Source: Eledone cirrhosa
Lineage: Eukaryota
DNA length: 64,000 nucleotides
Direction of reading: 5' to 3'
Assembly: GCA_964016885.1 (NCBI GenBank)
Contig: OZ024744.1
Coordinates: forward strand, 121,210,001-121,274,000
Shown here: positions 1-13,500 of the stretch, piece after piece
Layout: every line of letters begins with the position of its first letter
How positions within the stretch are numbered: the first letter of the stretch is position 1
The notes under the pieces: model-generated
The model's database searches: none
What the model was told of the DNA's origin: nothing
What the model saw: only the letters and a program-made list of their open reading frames with translations
Made by a program: the position numbers and the translations under genes

Positions 1-3000
1 TGTGTTGAGGAAGGATAAAAGTGACTGGGTGAGAGGAATATAGGTAGAGATAGATGTTGTGAAGAGAGATAGTGTGAGATGGTTGAGTCATGTGTTGAGG
101 AAGGATAAAAGTGACTGGGTGAGAGGAATAGTGGTAGTGATGGATGTTGTAAAGGGAGATAGTGTGAGATGGTTGGGTCATGTGTTGAGGAAGTATGAAA
201 GTGACTGGGTGAGAGGAATAGAGGTAGTGATGGATGTTGTGAAGAGAGATAGTGTGAGATGGTTGGGTCATATGTTGAGGAAGGATAAAAGTGACTGGGT
301 GAGAGGAATAGGGGTAGTGATGGATGTTGTGAAGAGAGATAGTGTGAGATGGTTGGGTCATGTGTTGAGGAGGGATAAAATTGATTGTGTGAGAGGAATA
401 GAGGTAGTGATGGATGTTGTGAAGAGAGATAGTGTGGGACGGTGGGTCATGTGTTGAGGAAGTATGAAAGTGACTGGGTGAGAGGAATAGAGGTAGTGAT
501 GGATGTTGTGAAGAGAGGTAGTGTGGGACGGTGGGTCATGTGTTGAGGAAGTATGAAAGTGACTGGGTGAGAGGAATCACAGGTAGTGATGGATGTTGTG
601 AAGAGAGATAGTGTGAGATGGTTGGGTCATGTGTTGAGGAAGGATAAAAGTGACTGGGTAAGAGGAATAGATGTAGTGATGGATGTCGTGAAGAGAGATA
701 GTGTGAGATGGTTGGGTCATGTGTTGAGGAAGGATACAAGTGAGTGGGAGAGAGGAATAGAGGTAGTGATAGATGTTGTGAAGAGAGATAGTGTGAGATG
801 GTTGGGTCATGTGTTGAGGAAGTATGAAAGTGACTGGGTGAGAGGAATAGAGGTAGAGATGGATGTTGTGAAGAGAGATAGTGTGAGATGGTTGGGTCAT
901 GTGTTGAGGAAGGATAAAAGTGACTGGGTGAGAGGAATAGAGGTAGTGATGGATGTTGTGAAGAGACATAGTGTGAGATGGTTGGTTCATATGTTGAGGA
1001 AGGATAAAAGTGAGTGGGTGAGAGGAATAGAGGTAGTGATAGATGTTGTGAAGAGAGATAGTGTGAGATGGTTGGGTCATGTGTTGAGGAAGTATGAAAG
1101 TGACTGGGTGAGAGGAATAGTGGTAGAGATGGATGTTGTGAAGAGAGATAGTGTGAGATGGTTGGGTCATGTGTTGAGGAAGTATGAAGGTGACTGGGTG
1201 AGCGAATAGAGGTAGTGATGGATGTTGTGAAGAGAGATAGTGTGAGATGGTTGGGTCATGTGTTGAGGAGGGATAAAATTGATTGGGTGAGAGGAATAGA
1301 GGTCGTGATGGATGTTGTGAAGAGAGATAGTGTGAGATGGTTGGGTCATGTGTTGAGGAAGGATTAAAGTGACTGGGTGAGAGGAATAGAGGTAGTGATG
1401 GATGTTGTGAAGAGAGATAGTGTGAGATGGTTGGGTCATGTGTTGAGGAAGGTTAAAAGTGACTGGGTGAGTGGAATAGAGGTAGTGATGGATGTTGTGA
1501 AGAGAGATAGTGTGAGATGGTTGGGTCATGTGTTGAGGAAGGATAAAAGTGAGTGGGTGAGAGGAATAGAGGTAGTGATGGATGTTGTGAAGAGAGATAG
1601 TGTGAGATGGTTGGGTCATGTGTTGAGGAAGGTTGAATGTGAATGGGTGAGAGGAACAGAGGTAGTGATGGATGTTGCGAAGAGAGATAGTGTGAGATGG
1701 TTGGGTCATGTGTTGAGGAAGGATAAAAGTGACTGGGTGAGAGGAATAGAGGTTTTGATGGATGTTGTGAAGAGAGATAGTGTGAGATGGTTGGGTCATA
1801 TGTTGAGGAAGGATAAAAGTGACTGGGTGAGAGGAATAGAGGTAGTGATGGATGTTGCGAAGAGAGATAGTGTGAGATGGTTGGGTCATGTGTTGAGGAA
1901 GTATGAAAGTGACTGGGTGAGAGGAATAGAGGTAGAGATGGATGTTGTGAAGAGAGATAGTGTGAGATGGTTGGGTCATGTGTTGAGGAAGGATAAAATT
2001 GACTGGGTGAGAGGAATAGTGGTAGTAATGGATGTTGTAAAGGGAGATAGTGTGAGATGGTTGGGTCATGTGTTGAGGAAGTATGAAAGTGACTGGGTGA
2101 GAGGAATAGAAGTAGTGATAGATGTTGTGAAGAGAGATAGTGTGAGATGGTTGGGTCATGTGTTGAGGAAGTATGAAATGACTGGGTGAGAGGAATAGAG
2201 GTAGAGATGGATGTTGTGAAGAGAGATAGTGTGAGATGGTTGGGTGATGTGTTGAGGAAGTATGAAAGTGACTGGGTGAGCGAATAGAGGTAGTGATGGA
2301 TGTTGTGAAGAGAGATAGTGTGAGATGGTTGGGTCATGTGTTGATGAGGGATAAAATTGATTGGGTGAGAGGAATAGAGGTAGTGATGGATGTTGTGAAG
2401 AGAGATAGTGTGAGATGTTTGGGTCATGTGTTGAGGAAGGATTAAAGTGACTGGGTGAGAGGAATAGAGGTAGTGATGGATGTTGTGAAGAGAGATAGTG
2501 TGAGATGGTTGGGTCATGTGTTGAGGAAGGATAAAAGTGACTGGGTGAGAGGAATAGTGGTAGAGATGGATGTTGTAAAGGGAGATAGTGTGAGATGGTT
2601 GGGTCATGTGTTGAGGAAGTATAAAAGTGACTGGGTGAGAGGAATAGAGGTAGTGATGGATGTTGTGAAGAGAGATAGTGTGAGATGGTTGGGTCATGTG
2701 TTGAGGAAAGTTAAAAGTGACTCGGTGAGTGGAATAGAGGTAGTGATGGATGTTGTGAGGAGAGATAGCGTGGGACGGTTGGGTCATGTGTTGAGGAAGT
2801 ATGAAAGTGACTGGGTGAGAGGAATCAGAGGTAGTGATGGATGTTGTGAAGAGAGATAGTGTGAGATGGTTGGGTCATGTGTTGAGGAAGGATAAAAGTT
2901 ACTGGGTGAGAGGAATAGAGGTAGTGATGGATGTTGTGAAGAGAGATAGTGTGAGATGGTTGGGTCATGTGTTGAGTAAGGATAAAAGTGACTGGGTGAG

Positions 3001-5160
3001 AGGAATAGAGGTAGTGATGGATGTTGTGAAGAGAGATAGTGTGAGATGGTTGGGTCATGTGTTGAGGAGGGATAAAAGTGAGTGGGTGAGAGGAATAGAG
3101 GTAGTGATGGATGTTGGGAAGAGAGATAGTGTGAGATGGTTGGGTCATGTGTTGAGGAAGGATAAAAGTAACTGGGTGAGTGGAATAGAGGTAGTGATGG
3201 ATGTTGCGAAGAGAGATAGTGTGAGATGGTTGGGTCATGTGTTGAGGAAGTATGAAAGTGACTGGGTGAGAGGAATAGAGGTAGAGATGGATGTTGTGAA
3301 GAGAGATAGAGTGAGATGGTTGGGTCATGTGTTGAGGAAGTATGAAAGTGACTGGGTGAGAGAAATAGAGGTAGTGATGGATGTTGTGAAGAGAGATAGT
3401 GTGAGATGGTTGGGTCATGTGTTGAGGAACGATAAAAGTGAGTGGGTGAGAGGAATAGTGGTATTGATGGATGTTGTGAAGAGAGATAGAGTGAGATGGT
3501 TGGGTCATGTGTTGAGGAAGGATAAAAGTGACTGGGTGAGAGGAATAGAGGTAGAGATGGATGTTGTGAAGAGAGATAGTGTGAGATGGTTGGGTCATGT
3601 GTTGAGGAAGTATGAAAGTGACTGGGTGAGAGGAATAGAGGTAGTGATAGATGTTGTGAAGACAGATTGTGTGAGATGGTTGGGTCATGTGTTGAGGAAG
3701 GATAAAAGTGACTGGGTGAGAGGAATAGAGGTAGAGATAGATGTTGTGAAGAGAGATAGTGTGAGATGGTTGAGTCATGTGTTGAGGAAGGATAAAAGTG
3801 ACTGGGTGAGAGGAATAGTGGTAGTGATGGATGTTGTAAAGGGAGATAGTGTGAGATGGTTGGGTCATGTGTTGAGGAAGTATGAAAGTGACTGGGTGAG
3901 AGGAATAGAGGTAGTGATGGATGTTGTGAAGAGAGATAGTGTGAGATGGTTGGGTCATATGTTGAGGAAGGATAAAAGTGACTGGGTGAGAGGAATAGGG
4001 GTAGTGATGGATGTTGTGAAGAGAGATAGTGTGAGATGGTTGGGTCATGTGTTGAGGAGGGATAAAATTGATTGTGTGAGAGGAATAGAGGTAGTGATGG
4101 ATGTTGTGAAGAGAGATAGTGTGGGACGGTGGGTCATGTGTTGAGGAAGTATGAAAGTGACTGGGTGAGAGGAATAGAGGTAGTGATGGATGTTGTGAAG
4201 AGAGGTAGTGTGGGACGGTGGGTCATGTGTTGAGGAAGTATGAAAGTGACTGGGTGAGAGGAATCACAGGTAGTGATGGATGTTGTGAAGAGAGATAGTG
4301 TGAGATGGTTGGGTCATGTGTTGAGGAAGGATAAAAGTGACTGGGTAAGAGGAATAGATGTAGTGATGGATGTCGTGAAGAGAGATAGTGTGAGATGGTT
4401 GGGTCATGTGTTGAGGAAGGATACAAGTGAGTGGGAGAGAGGAATAGAGGTAGTGATAGATGTTGTGAAGAGAGATAGTGTGAGATGGTTGGGTCATGTG
4501 TTGAGGAAGTATGAAAGTGACTGGGTGAGAGGAATAGAGGTAGAGATGGATGTTGTGAAGAGAGATAGTGTGAGATGGTTGGGTCATGTGTTGAGGAAGG
4601 ATAAAAGTGACTGGGTGAGAGGAATAGAGGTAGTGATGGATGTTGTGAAGAGACATAGTGTGAGATGGTTGGTTCATATGTTGAGGAAGGATAAAAGTGA
4701 GTGGGTGAGAGGAATAGAGGTAGTGATAGATGTTGTGAAGAGAGATAGTGTGAGATGGTTGGGTCATGTGTTGAGGAAGTATGAAAGTGACTGGGTGAGA
4801 GGAATAGTGGTAGAGATGGATGTTGTGAAGAGAGATAGTGTGAGATGGTTGGGTCATGTGTTGAGGAAGTATGAAGGTGACTGGGTGAGCGAATAGAGGT
4901 AGTGATGGATGTTGTGAAGAGAGATAGTGTGAGATGGTTGGGTCATGTGTTGAGGAGGGATAAAATTGATTGGGTGAGAGGAATAGAGGTCGTGATGGAT
5001 GTTGTGAAGAGAGATAGTGTGAGATGGTTGGGTCATGTGTTGAGGAAGGATTAAAGTGACTGGGTGAGAGGAATAGAGGTAGTGATGGATGTTGTGAAGA
5101 GAGATAGTGTGAGATGGTTGGGTCATGTGTTGAGGAAGGTTAAAAGTGACTGGGTGAGTG
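1..5160 (+). repeat. Duplicated block, offset 3687 bp (41 monomers): ~1-1470 repeated at ~3688-5160
   Basis: Identical ORFs 536..739/4223..4426 and 586..1209/4273..4896; shared rare alleles 'ggacggtggg' twice, 'gaatcacagg', 'gatacaag...gggagaga', 'agacatagtg'. Confidence 0.9.
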
Positions 5161-8100
5161 GAGTAGAGGTAGTGATGGATGTTGTGAAGAGAGATAGTGT
5201 GAGATGGTTGGGTCATATGTTGAGGAAGGATTAAAGTGACTGGGTGAGAGGAATAGTGGTAGTGATGGATGTTGTAAAGGGAGATAGTGTGAGATGATTG
5301 GGTCATGTGTTGAGGAAGTATGAAAGTGACTGGGTGAGAGGAATAGAGGTAGTGATAGATGTTGTGAAGAGAGATAGTGTGAGATGGTTGGGTCATGTGT
5401 TGAGGAAGTATGAAAGTGACTGGGTGAGAGGAATAGAGGTAGAGATGGATGTTGTGAAGAGAGATAGAGTGAGATGGTTGGGTCATGTGTTGAGGAAGTA
5501 TGAAAATGACTGGGTGAGGGAATAGAGGTAGTGATGGATGTTGTGAAGAGAGATAGTGTGAGATGGTTGGGTCATGTGTTGAGGAGGGATAAAATTGATT
5601 GGGTGAGAGGAATAGAGGTAGTGTTGGATGTTGTGAAGAGAGATAGTGTGAGATGGTTGGGTCATGTGTTCAGGAAGGATAAAAGTGAGTGGGTGAGAGG
5701 AATAGAGGTAGTGATGGATGTTGTGAAGAGAGATAGTGTGAGATGGTTGGGTCATGTGTTGAGGAAGGTTGAATGTGAATGGGTGAGAGGAACAGAGGTA
5801 GTGATGGATGTTGCGAAGAGAGATAGTGTGAGATGGCTGGGTCATGTGTTGAGGAAGGATAAAAGTGACTGGGTGAGAGGTATAGAGGTTTTGATGGATG
5901 TTGTAAAGGGAGATAGTGTGAGATGGTTGGGTCATGTGTTGAGGAAGTATGAATGTGACTGGGTGAGAGGAATAGAGGTAGTGATGGATGTTGTGAAGAG
6001 AGATAGTGTGAGATGGTTGGGTCATATGTTGAGGAAGGATAAAAGTGACTGGGTGAGAGGAATAGGGGTAGTGATGGATGTTGTGAGGAGAGATAGTGTG
6101 AGATGGTTGGGTCATGTGTTGAGAAAGTATGAAAGTGACTGGGTGAGAGGAATAGAGGTAGTGATGGATGTTGTGAAGAGAGATAGTGTGAGATGGTTGG
6201 GTCATGTGTTGAGGAGGGATAAAATTGATTGTGTGAGAGGAATAGAGGTAGTGATGGATGTTGTGAAGAGAGATAGTGTGAGATGGTTGGGTCATGTGTT
6301 GAGGTGGGATGAAAGTGACTGGGTGAAAGGAATAGAGGTAGTGATGGATGTTGTGAGGAGAGATAGTGTGAGATGGTTGGGTCATGTGTTGAGGAAGTAT
6401 GAAAGTGACTGGGTGAGAGGAATAGAGGTAGTGATGGATGTTGTGAAGAGATATAGTGTGAGATGGTTGGGTCATGGGTTTAGGAAGTATGAATGTGACT
6501 GGGTGAGAGGAATATAGGTAGTTATGGATGTTGTGAAGAGAGATAGTGTGAGATGGTTGGGTCATGTGTTGAGGAAGGATAAAAGTGACTGGGTGAGAGG
6601 AATAGAGGTAGTGATGGATGTTGTGAAGAGAGATAGTGTGAGATGGTTGGTTCATATGTTGAGGAAGGATAAAAGTGAGTGGGTGAGAGGAATAGAGGTA
6701 GTGATAGATGTTGTGAAGAGAGATAGTGTGAGATGGTTGGGTCATGTGTTGAGGAAGTATGAAAGTGACTGGGTGAGAGGAATAGAGGTAGAGATGGATG
6801 TTGTGAAGAGAGATAGTGTGAGATGGTTGGGTCATGTGTTGAGGAAGGATTAAAGTGACTGGGTGAGAGGAATAGAGGTAGTGATGGATGTTGTGAAGAG
6901 ACATAGTGTGAGATGGTTGGTTCATATGTTGAGGAAGGATAAAAGTGAGTGGGTGAGAGGAATAGAGGTAGTGATAGATGTTGTGAAGAGAGATAGTGTG
7001 AGATGGTTGGGTCATGTGTTGAGGAAGTATGAAAGTGACTGGGTGAGAGGAATAGTGGTAGAGATGGATGTTGTGAAGAGAGATAGTGTGAGATGGTTGG
7101 GTCATGTGTTGAGGAAGTATGAAGGTGACTGGGTGAGCGAATAGAGGTAGTGATGGATGTTGTGAAGAGAGATAGTGTGAGATGGTTGGGTCATGTGTTG
7201 AGGAGGGATAAAATTGATTGGGTGAGAGGAATAGAGGTCGTGATGGATGTTGTGAAGAGAGATAGTGTGAGATGGTTGGGTCATGTGTTGAGGAAGGATT
7301 AAAGTGACTGGGTGAGAGGAATAGAGGTAGTGATGGATGTTGTGAAGAGAGATAGTGTGAGATGGTTGGGTCATGTGTTGAGGAAGGTTAAAAGTGACTG
7401 GGTGAGTGGAATAGAGGTAGTGATGGATGTTGTGAAGAGAGATAGTGTGAGATGGTTGGGTCATGTGTTGAGGAAGGATAAAAGTGAGTGGGTGAGAGGA
7501 ATAGAGGTAGTGATGGATGTTGTGAAGAGAGATAGTGTGAGATGGTTGGGTCATGTGTTGAGGAAGGTTGAATGTGAATGGGTGAGAGGAACAGAGGTAG
7601 TGATGGATGTTGCGAAGAGAGATAGTGTGAGATGGTTGGGTCATGTGTTGAGGAAGTATGAAAGTGACTGGGTGAGAGGAATAGTGGTAGAGATGGATGT
7701 TGTGAAGAGAGATAGTGTGAGATGGTTGGGTCATGTGTTGAGGAAGTATGAAGGTGACTGGGTGAGCGAATAGAGGTAGTGATGGATGTTGTGAAGAGAG
7801 ATAGTGTGAGATGGTTGGGTCATGTGTTGAGGAGGGATAAAATTGATTGGGTGAGAGGAATAGAGGTCGTGATGGATGTTGTGAAGAGAGATAGTGTGAG
7901 ATGGTTGGGTCATGTGTTGAGGAAGGATTAAAGTGACTGGGTGAGAGGAATAGAGGTAGTGATGGATGTTGTGAAGAGAGATAGTGTGAGATGGTTGGGT
8001 CATGTGTTGAGGAAGGTTAAAAGTGACTGGGTGAGTGGAGTAGAGGTAGTGATGGATGTTGTGAAGAGAGATAGTGTGAGATGGTTGGGTCATATGTTGA

Positions 8101-10520
8101 GGAAGGATTAAAGTGACTGGGTGAGAGGAATAGTGGTAGTGATGGATGTTGTAAAGGGAGATAGTGTGAGATGATTGGGTCATGTGTTGAGGAAGTATGA
8201 AAGTGACTGGGTGAGAGGAATAGAGGTAGTGATAGATGTTGTGAAGAGAGATAGTGTGAGATGGTTGGGTCATGTGTTGAGGAAGTATGAAAGTGACTGG
8301 GTGAGAGGAATAGAGGTAGAGATGGATGTTGTGAAGAGAGATAGAGTGAGATGGTTGGGTCATGTGTTGAGGAAGTATGAAAATGACTGGGTGAGGGAAT
8401 AGAGGTAGTGATGGATGTTGTGAAGAGAGATAGTGTGAGATGGTTGGGTCATGTGTTGAGGAGGGATAAAATTGATTGGGTGAGAGGAATAGAGGTAGTG
8501 TTGGATGTTGTGAAGAGAGATAGTGTGAGATGGTTGGGTCATGTGTTCAGGAAGGATAAAAGTGAGTGGGTGAGAGGAATAGAGGTAGTGATGGATGTTG
8601 TGAAGAGAGATAGTGTGAGATGGTTGGGTCATGTGTTGAGGAAGGTTGAATGTGAATGGGTGAGAGGAACAGAGGTAGTGATGGATGTTGCGAAGAGAGA
8701 TAGTGTGAGATGGCTGGGTCATGTGTTGAGGAAGGATAAAAGTGACTGGGTGAGAGGTATAGAGGTTTTGATGGATGTTGTAAAGGGAGATAGTGTGAGA
8801 TGGTTGGGTCATGTGTTGAGGAAGTATGAATGTGACTGGGTGAGAGGAATAGAGGTAGTGATGGATGTTGTGAAGAGAGATAGTGTGAGATGGTTGGGTC
8901 ATATGTTGAGGAAGGATAAAAGTGACTGGGTGAGAGGAATAGGGGTAGTGATGGATGTTGTGAGGAGAGATAGTGTGAGATGGTTGGGTCATGTGTTGAG
9001 AAAGTATGAAAGTGACTGGGTGAGAGGAATAGAGGTAGTGATGGATGTTGTGAAGAGAGATAGTGTGAGATGGTTGGGTCATGTGTTGAGGAGGGATAAA
9101 ATTGATTGTGTGAGAGGAATAGAGGTAGTGATGGATGTTGTGAAGAGAGATAGTGTGAGATGGTTGGGTCATGTGTTGAGGTGGGATGAAAGTGACTGGG
9201 TGAAAGGAATAGAGGTAGTGATGGATGTTGTGAGGAGAGATAGTGTGAGATGGTTGGGTCATGTGTTGAGGAAGTATGAAAGTGACTGGGTGAGAGGAAT
9301 AGAGGTAGTGATGGATGTTGTGAAGAGATATAGTGTGAGATGGTTGGGTCATGGGTTTAGGAAGTATGAATGTGACTGGGTGAGAGGAATATAGGTAGTT
9401 ATGGATGTTGTGAAGAGAGATAGTGTGAGATGGTTGGGTCATGTGTTGAGGAAGGATAAAAGTGACTGGGTGAGAGGAATAGAGGTAGTGATGGATGTTG
9501 TGAAGAGAGATAGTGTGAGATGGTTGGTTCATATGTTGAGGAAGGATAAAAGTGAGTGGGTGAGAGGAATAGAGGTAGTGATAGATGTTGTGAAGAGAGA
9601 TAGTGTGAGATGGTTGGGTCATGTGTTGAGGAAGTATGAAAGTGACTGGGTGAGAGGAATAGAGGTAGAGATGGATGTTGTGAAGAGAGATAGTGTGAGA
9701 TGGTTGGGTCATGTGTTGAGGAAGGATAAAAGTGACTGGGTGAGAGGAATAGAGGTAGTGATGGATGTTGTGAAGAGACATAGTGTGAGATGGTTGGTTC
9801 ATATGTTGAGGAAGGATAAAAGTGAGTGGGTGAGAGGAATAGAGGTAGTGATAGATGTTGTGAAGAGAGATAGTGTGAGATGGTTGGGTCATGTGTTGAG
9901 GAAGTATGAAAGTGACTGGGTGAGAGGAATAGTGGTAGAGATGGATGTTGTGAAGAGAGATAGTGTGAGATGGTTGGGTCATGTGTTGAGGAAGTATGAA
10001 GGTGACTGGGTGAGCGAATAGAGGTAGTGATGGATGTTGTGAAGAGAGATAGTGTGAGATGGTTGGGTCATGTGTTGAGGAGGGATAAAATTGATTGGGT
10101 GAGAGGAATAGAGGTCGTGATGGATGTTGTGAAGAGAGATAGTGTGAGATGGTTGGGTCATGTGTTGAGGAAGGATTAAAGTGACTGGGTGAGAGGAATA
10201 GAGGTAGTGATGGATGTTGTGAAGAGAGATAGTGTGAGATGGTTGGGTCATGTGTTGAGGAAGGTTAAAAGTGACTGGGTGAGTGGAATAGAGGTAGTGA
10301 TGGATGTTGTGAAGAGAGATAGTGTGAGATGGTTGGGTCATGTGTTGAGGAAGGATAAAAGTGAGTGGGTGAGAGGAATAGAGGTAGTGATGGATGTTGT
10401 GAAGAGAGATAGTGTGAGATGGTTGGGTCATGTGTTGAGGAAGGTTGAATGTGAATGGGTGAGAGGAACAGAGGTAGTGATGGATGTTGCGAAGAGAGAT
10501 AGTGTGAGATGGTTGGGTCA
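4780..10520 (+). repeat. Tandem higher-order duplication, period 2877 bp (32 monomers)
   Basis: ORF pairs 4854/7731, 5298/8175, 5483/8360, 5531/8408, 6524/9401, 7102/9979 are all offset by 2877; shared alleles 'gtgttcagg', 'atggctggg', 'gggtttagg'. Confidence 0.9.
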
Positions 10521-13500
10521 TGTGTTGAGGAAGGATAAAAGTGACTGGGTGAGAGGAATAGAGGTTTTGATGGATGTTGTGAAGAGAGATAGTGTGAGAT
10601 GGTTGGGTCATATGTTGAGGAAGGATAAAAGTGACTGGGTGAGAGGAATAGAGGTAGTGATGGATGTTGCGAAGAGAGATAGTGTGAGATGGTTGGGTCA
10701 TGTGTTGAGGAAGTATGAAAGTGACTGGGTGAGAGGAATAGAGGTAGAGATGGATGTTGTGAAGAGAGATAGTGTGAGATGGTTGGGTCATGTGTTGAGG
10801 AAGGATAAAATTGACTGGGTGAGAGGAATAGTGGTAGTAATGGATGTTGTAAAGGGAGATAGTGTGAGATGGTTGGGTCATGTGTTGAGGAAGTATGAAA
10901 GTGACTGGGTGAGAGGAATAGAAGTAGTGATAGATGTTGTGAAGAGAGATAGTGTGAGATGGTTGGGTCATGTGTTGAGGAAGTATGAAATGACTGGGTG
11001 AGAGGAATAGAGGTAGAGATGGATGTTGTGAAGAGAGATAGTGTGAGATGGTTGGGTGATGTGTTGAGGAAGTATGAAAGTGACTGGGTGAGCGAATAGA
11101 GGTAGTGATGGATGTTGTGAAGAGAGATAGTGTGAGATGGTTGGGTCATGTGTTGATGAGGGATAAAATTGATTGGGTGAGAGGAATAGAGGTAGTGATG
11201 GATGTTGTGAAGAGAGATAGTGTGAGATGTTTGGGTCATGTGTTGAGGAAGGATTAAAGTGACTGGGTGAGAGGAATAGAGGTAGTGATGGATGTTGTGA
11301 AGAGAGATAGTGTGAGATGGTTGGGTCATGTGTTGAGGAAGTATGAAAGTGACTGGGTGAGAGGAATAGTGGTAGAGATGGATGTTGTGAAGAGAGATAG
11401 TGTGAGATGGTTGGGTCATGTGTTGAGGAAGTATGAAGGTGACTGGGTGAGCGAATAGAGGTAGTGATGGATGTTGTGAAGAGAGATAGTGTGAGATGGT
11501 TGGGTCATGTGTTGAGGAGGGATAAAATTGATTGGGTGAGAGGAATAGAGGTCGTGATGGATGTTGTGAAGAGAGATAGTGTGAGATGGTTGGGTCATGT
11601 GTTGAGGAAGGATTAAAGTGACTGGGTGAGAGGAATAGAGGTAGTGATGGATGTTGTGAAGAGAGATAGTGTGAGATGGTTGGGTCATGTGTTGAGGAAG
11701 GTTAAAAGTGACTGGGTGAGTGGAGTAGAGGTAGTGATGGATGTTGTGAAGAGAGATAGTGTGAGATGGTTGGGTCATATGTTGAGGAAGGATTAAAGTG
11801 ACTGGGTGAGAGGAATAGTGGTAGTGATGGATGTTGTAAAGGGAGATAGTGTGAGATGATTGGGTCATGTGTTGAGGAAGTATGAAAGTGACTGGGTGAG
11901 AGGAATAGAGGTAGTGATAGATGTTGTGAAGAGAGATAGTGTGAGATGGTTGGGTCATGTGTTGAGGAAGTATGAAAGTGACTGGGTGAGAGGAATAGAG
12001 GTAGAGATGGATGTTGTGAAGAGAGATAGAGTGAGATGGTTGGGTCATGTGTTGAGGAAGTATGAAAATGACTGGGTGAGGGAATAGAGGTAGTGATGGA
12101 TGTTGTGAAGAGAGATAGTGTGAGATGGTTGGGTCATGTGTTGAGGAGGGATAAAATTGATTGGGTGAGAGGAATAGAGGTAGTGTTGGATGTTGTGAAG
12201 AGAGATAGTGTGAGATGGTTGGGTCATGTGTTCAGGAAGGATAAAAGTGAGTGGGTGAGAGGAATAGAGGTAGTGATGGATGTTGTGAAGAGAGATAGTG
12301 TGAGATGGTTGGGTCATGTGTTGAGGAAGGTTGAATGTGAATGGGTGAGAGGAACAGAGGTAGTGATGGATGTTGCGAAGAGAGATAGTGTGAGATGGCT
12401 GGGTCATGTGTTGAGGAAGGATAAAAGTGACTGGGTGAGAGGTATAGAGGTTTTGATGGATGTTGTAAAGGGAGATAGTGTGAGATGGTTGGGTCATGTG
12501 TTGAGGAAGTATGAATGTGACTGGGTGAGAGGAATAGAGGTAGTGATGGATGTTGTGAAGAGAGATAGTGTGAGATGGTTGGGTCATATGTTGAGGAAGG
12601 ATAAAAGTGACTGGGTGAGAGGAATAGGGGTAGTGATGGATGTTGTGAGGAGAGATAGTGTGAGATGGTTGGGTCATGTGTTGAGAAAGTATGAAAGTGA
12701 CTGGGTGAGAGGAATAGAGGTAGTGATGGATGTTGTGAAGAGAGATAGTGTGAGATGGTTGGGTCATGTGTTGAGGAGGGATAAAATTGATTGTGTGAGA
12801 GGAATAGAGGTAGTGATGGATGTTGTGAAGAGAGATAGTGTGAGATGGTTGGGTCATGTGTTGAGGTGGGATGAAAGTGACTGGGTGAAAGGAATAGAGG
12901 TAGTGATGGATGTTGTGAGGAGAGATAGTGTGAGATGGTTGGGTCATGTGTTGAGGAAGTATGAAAGTGACTGGGTGAGAGGAATAGAGGTAGTGATGGA
13001 TGTTGTGAAGAGATATAGTGTGAGATGGTTGGGTCATGGGTTTAGGAAGTATGAATGTGACTGGGTGAGAGGAATATAGGTAGTTATGGATGTTGTGAAG
13101 AGAGATAGTGTGAGATGGTTGGGTCATGTGTTGAGGAAGGATAAAAGTGACTGGGTGAGAGGAATAGAGGTAGTGATGGATGTTGTGAAGAGAGATAGTG
13201 TGAGATGGTTGGTTCATATGTTGAGGAAGGATAAAAGTGAGTGGGTGAGAGGAATAGAGGTAGTGATAGATGTTGTGAAGAGAGATAGTGTGAGATGGTT
13301 GGGTCATGTGTTGAGGAAGTATGAAAGTGACTGGGTGAGAGGAATAGAGGTAGAGATGGATGTTGTGAAGAGAGATAGTGTGAGATGGTTGGGTCATGTG
13401 TTGAGGAAGGATTAAAGTGACTGGGTGAGAGGAATAGAGGTAGTGATGGATGTTGTGAAGAGACATAGTGTGAGATGGTTGGTTCATATGTTGAGGAAGG

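Noticed and set aside
5483-7105. Long minus-strand His-rich ORFs (MTQPSHTISLHNIHHYLYSSHPVTFILPQH)n, up to 601 aa at 30935..32740, suggesting a metal-binding repeat protein
   Set aside because: Minus-strand stops need TCA, CTA or TTA on the + strand. The C-poor consensus has just one such triplet (TCA), so two of three minus frames are open automatically. There are no unique termini, and frameshifts are frequent and copied by duplication.
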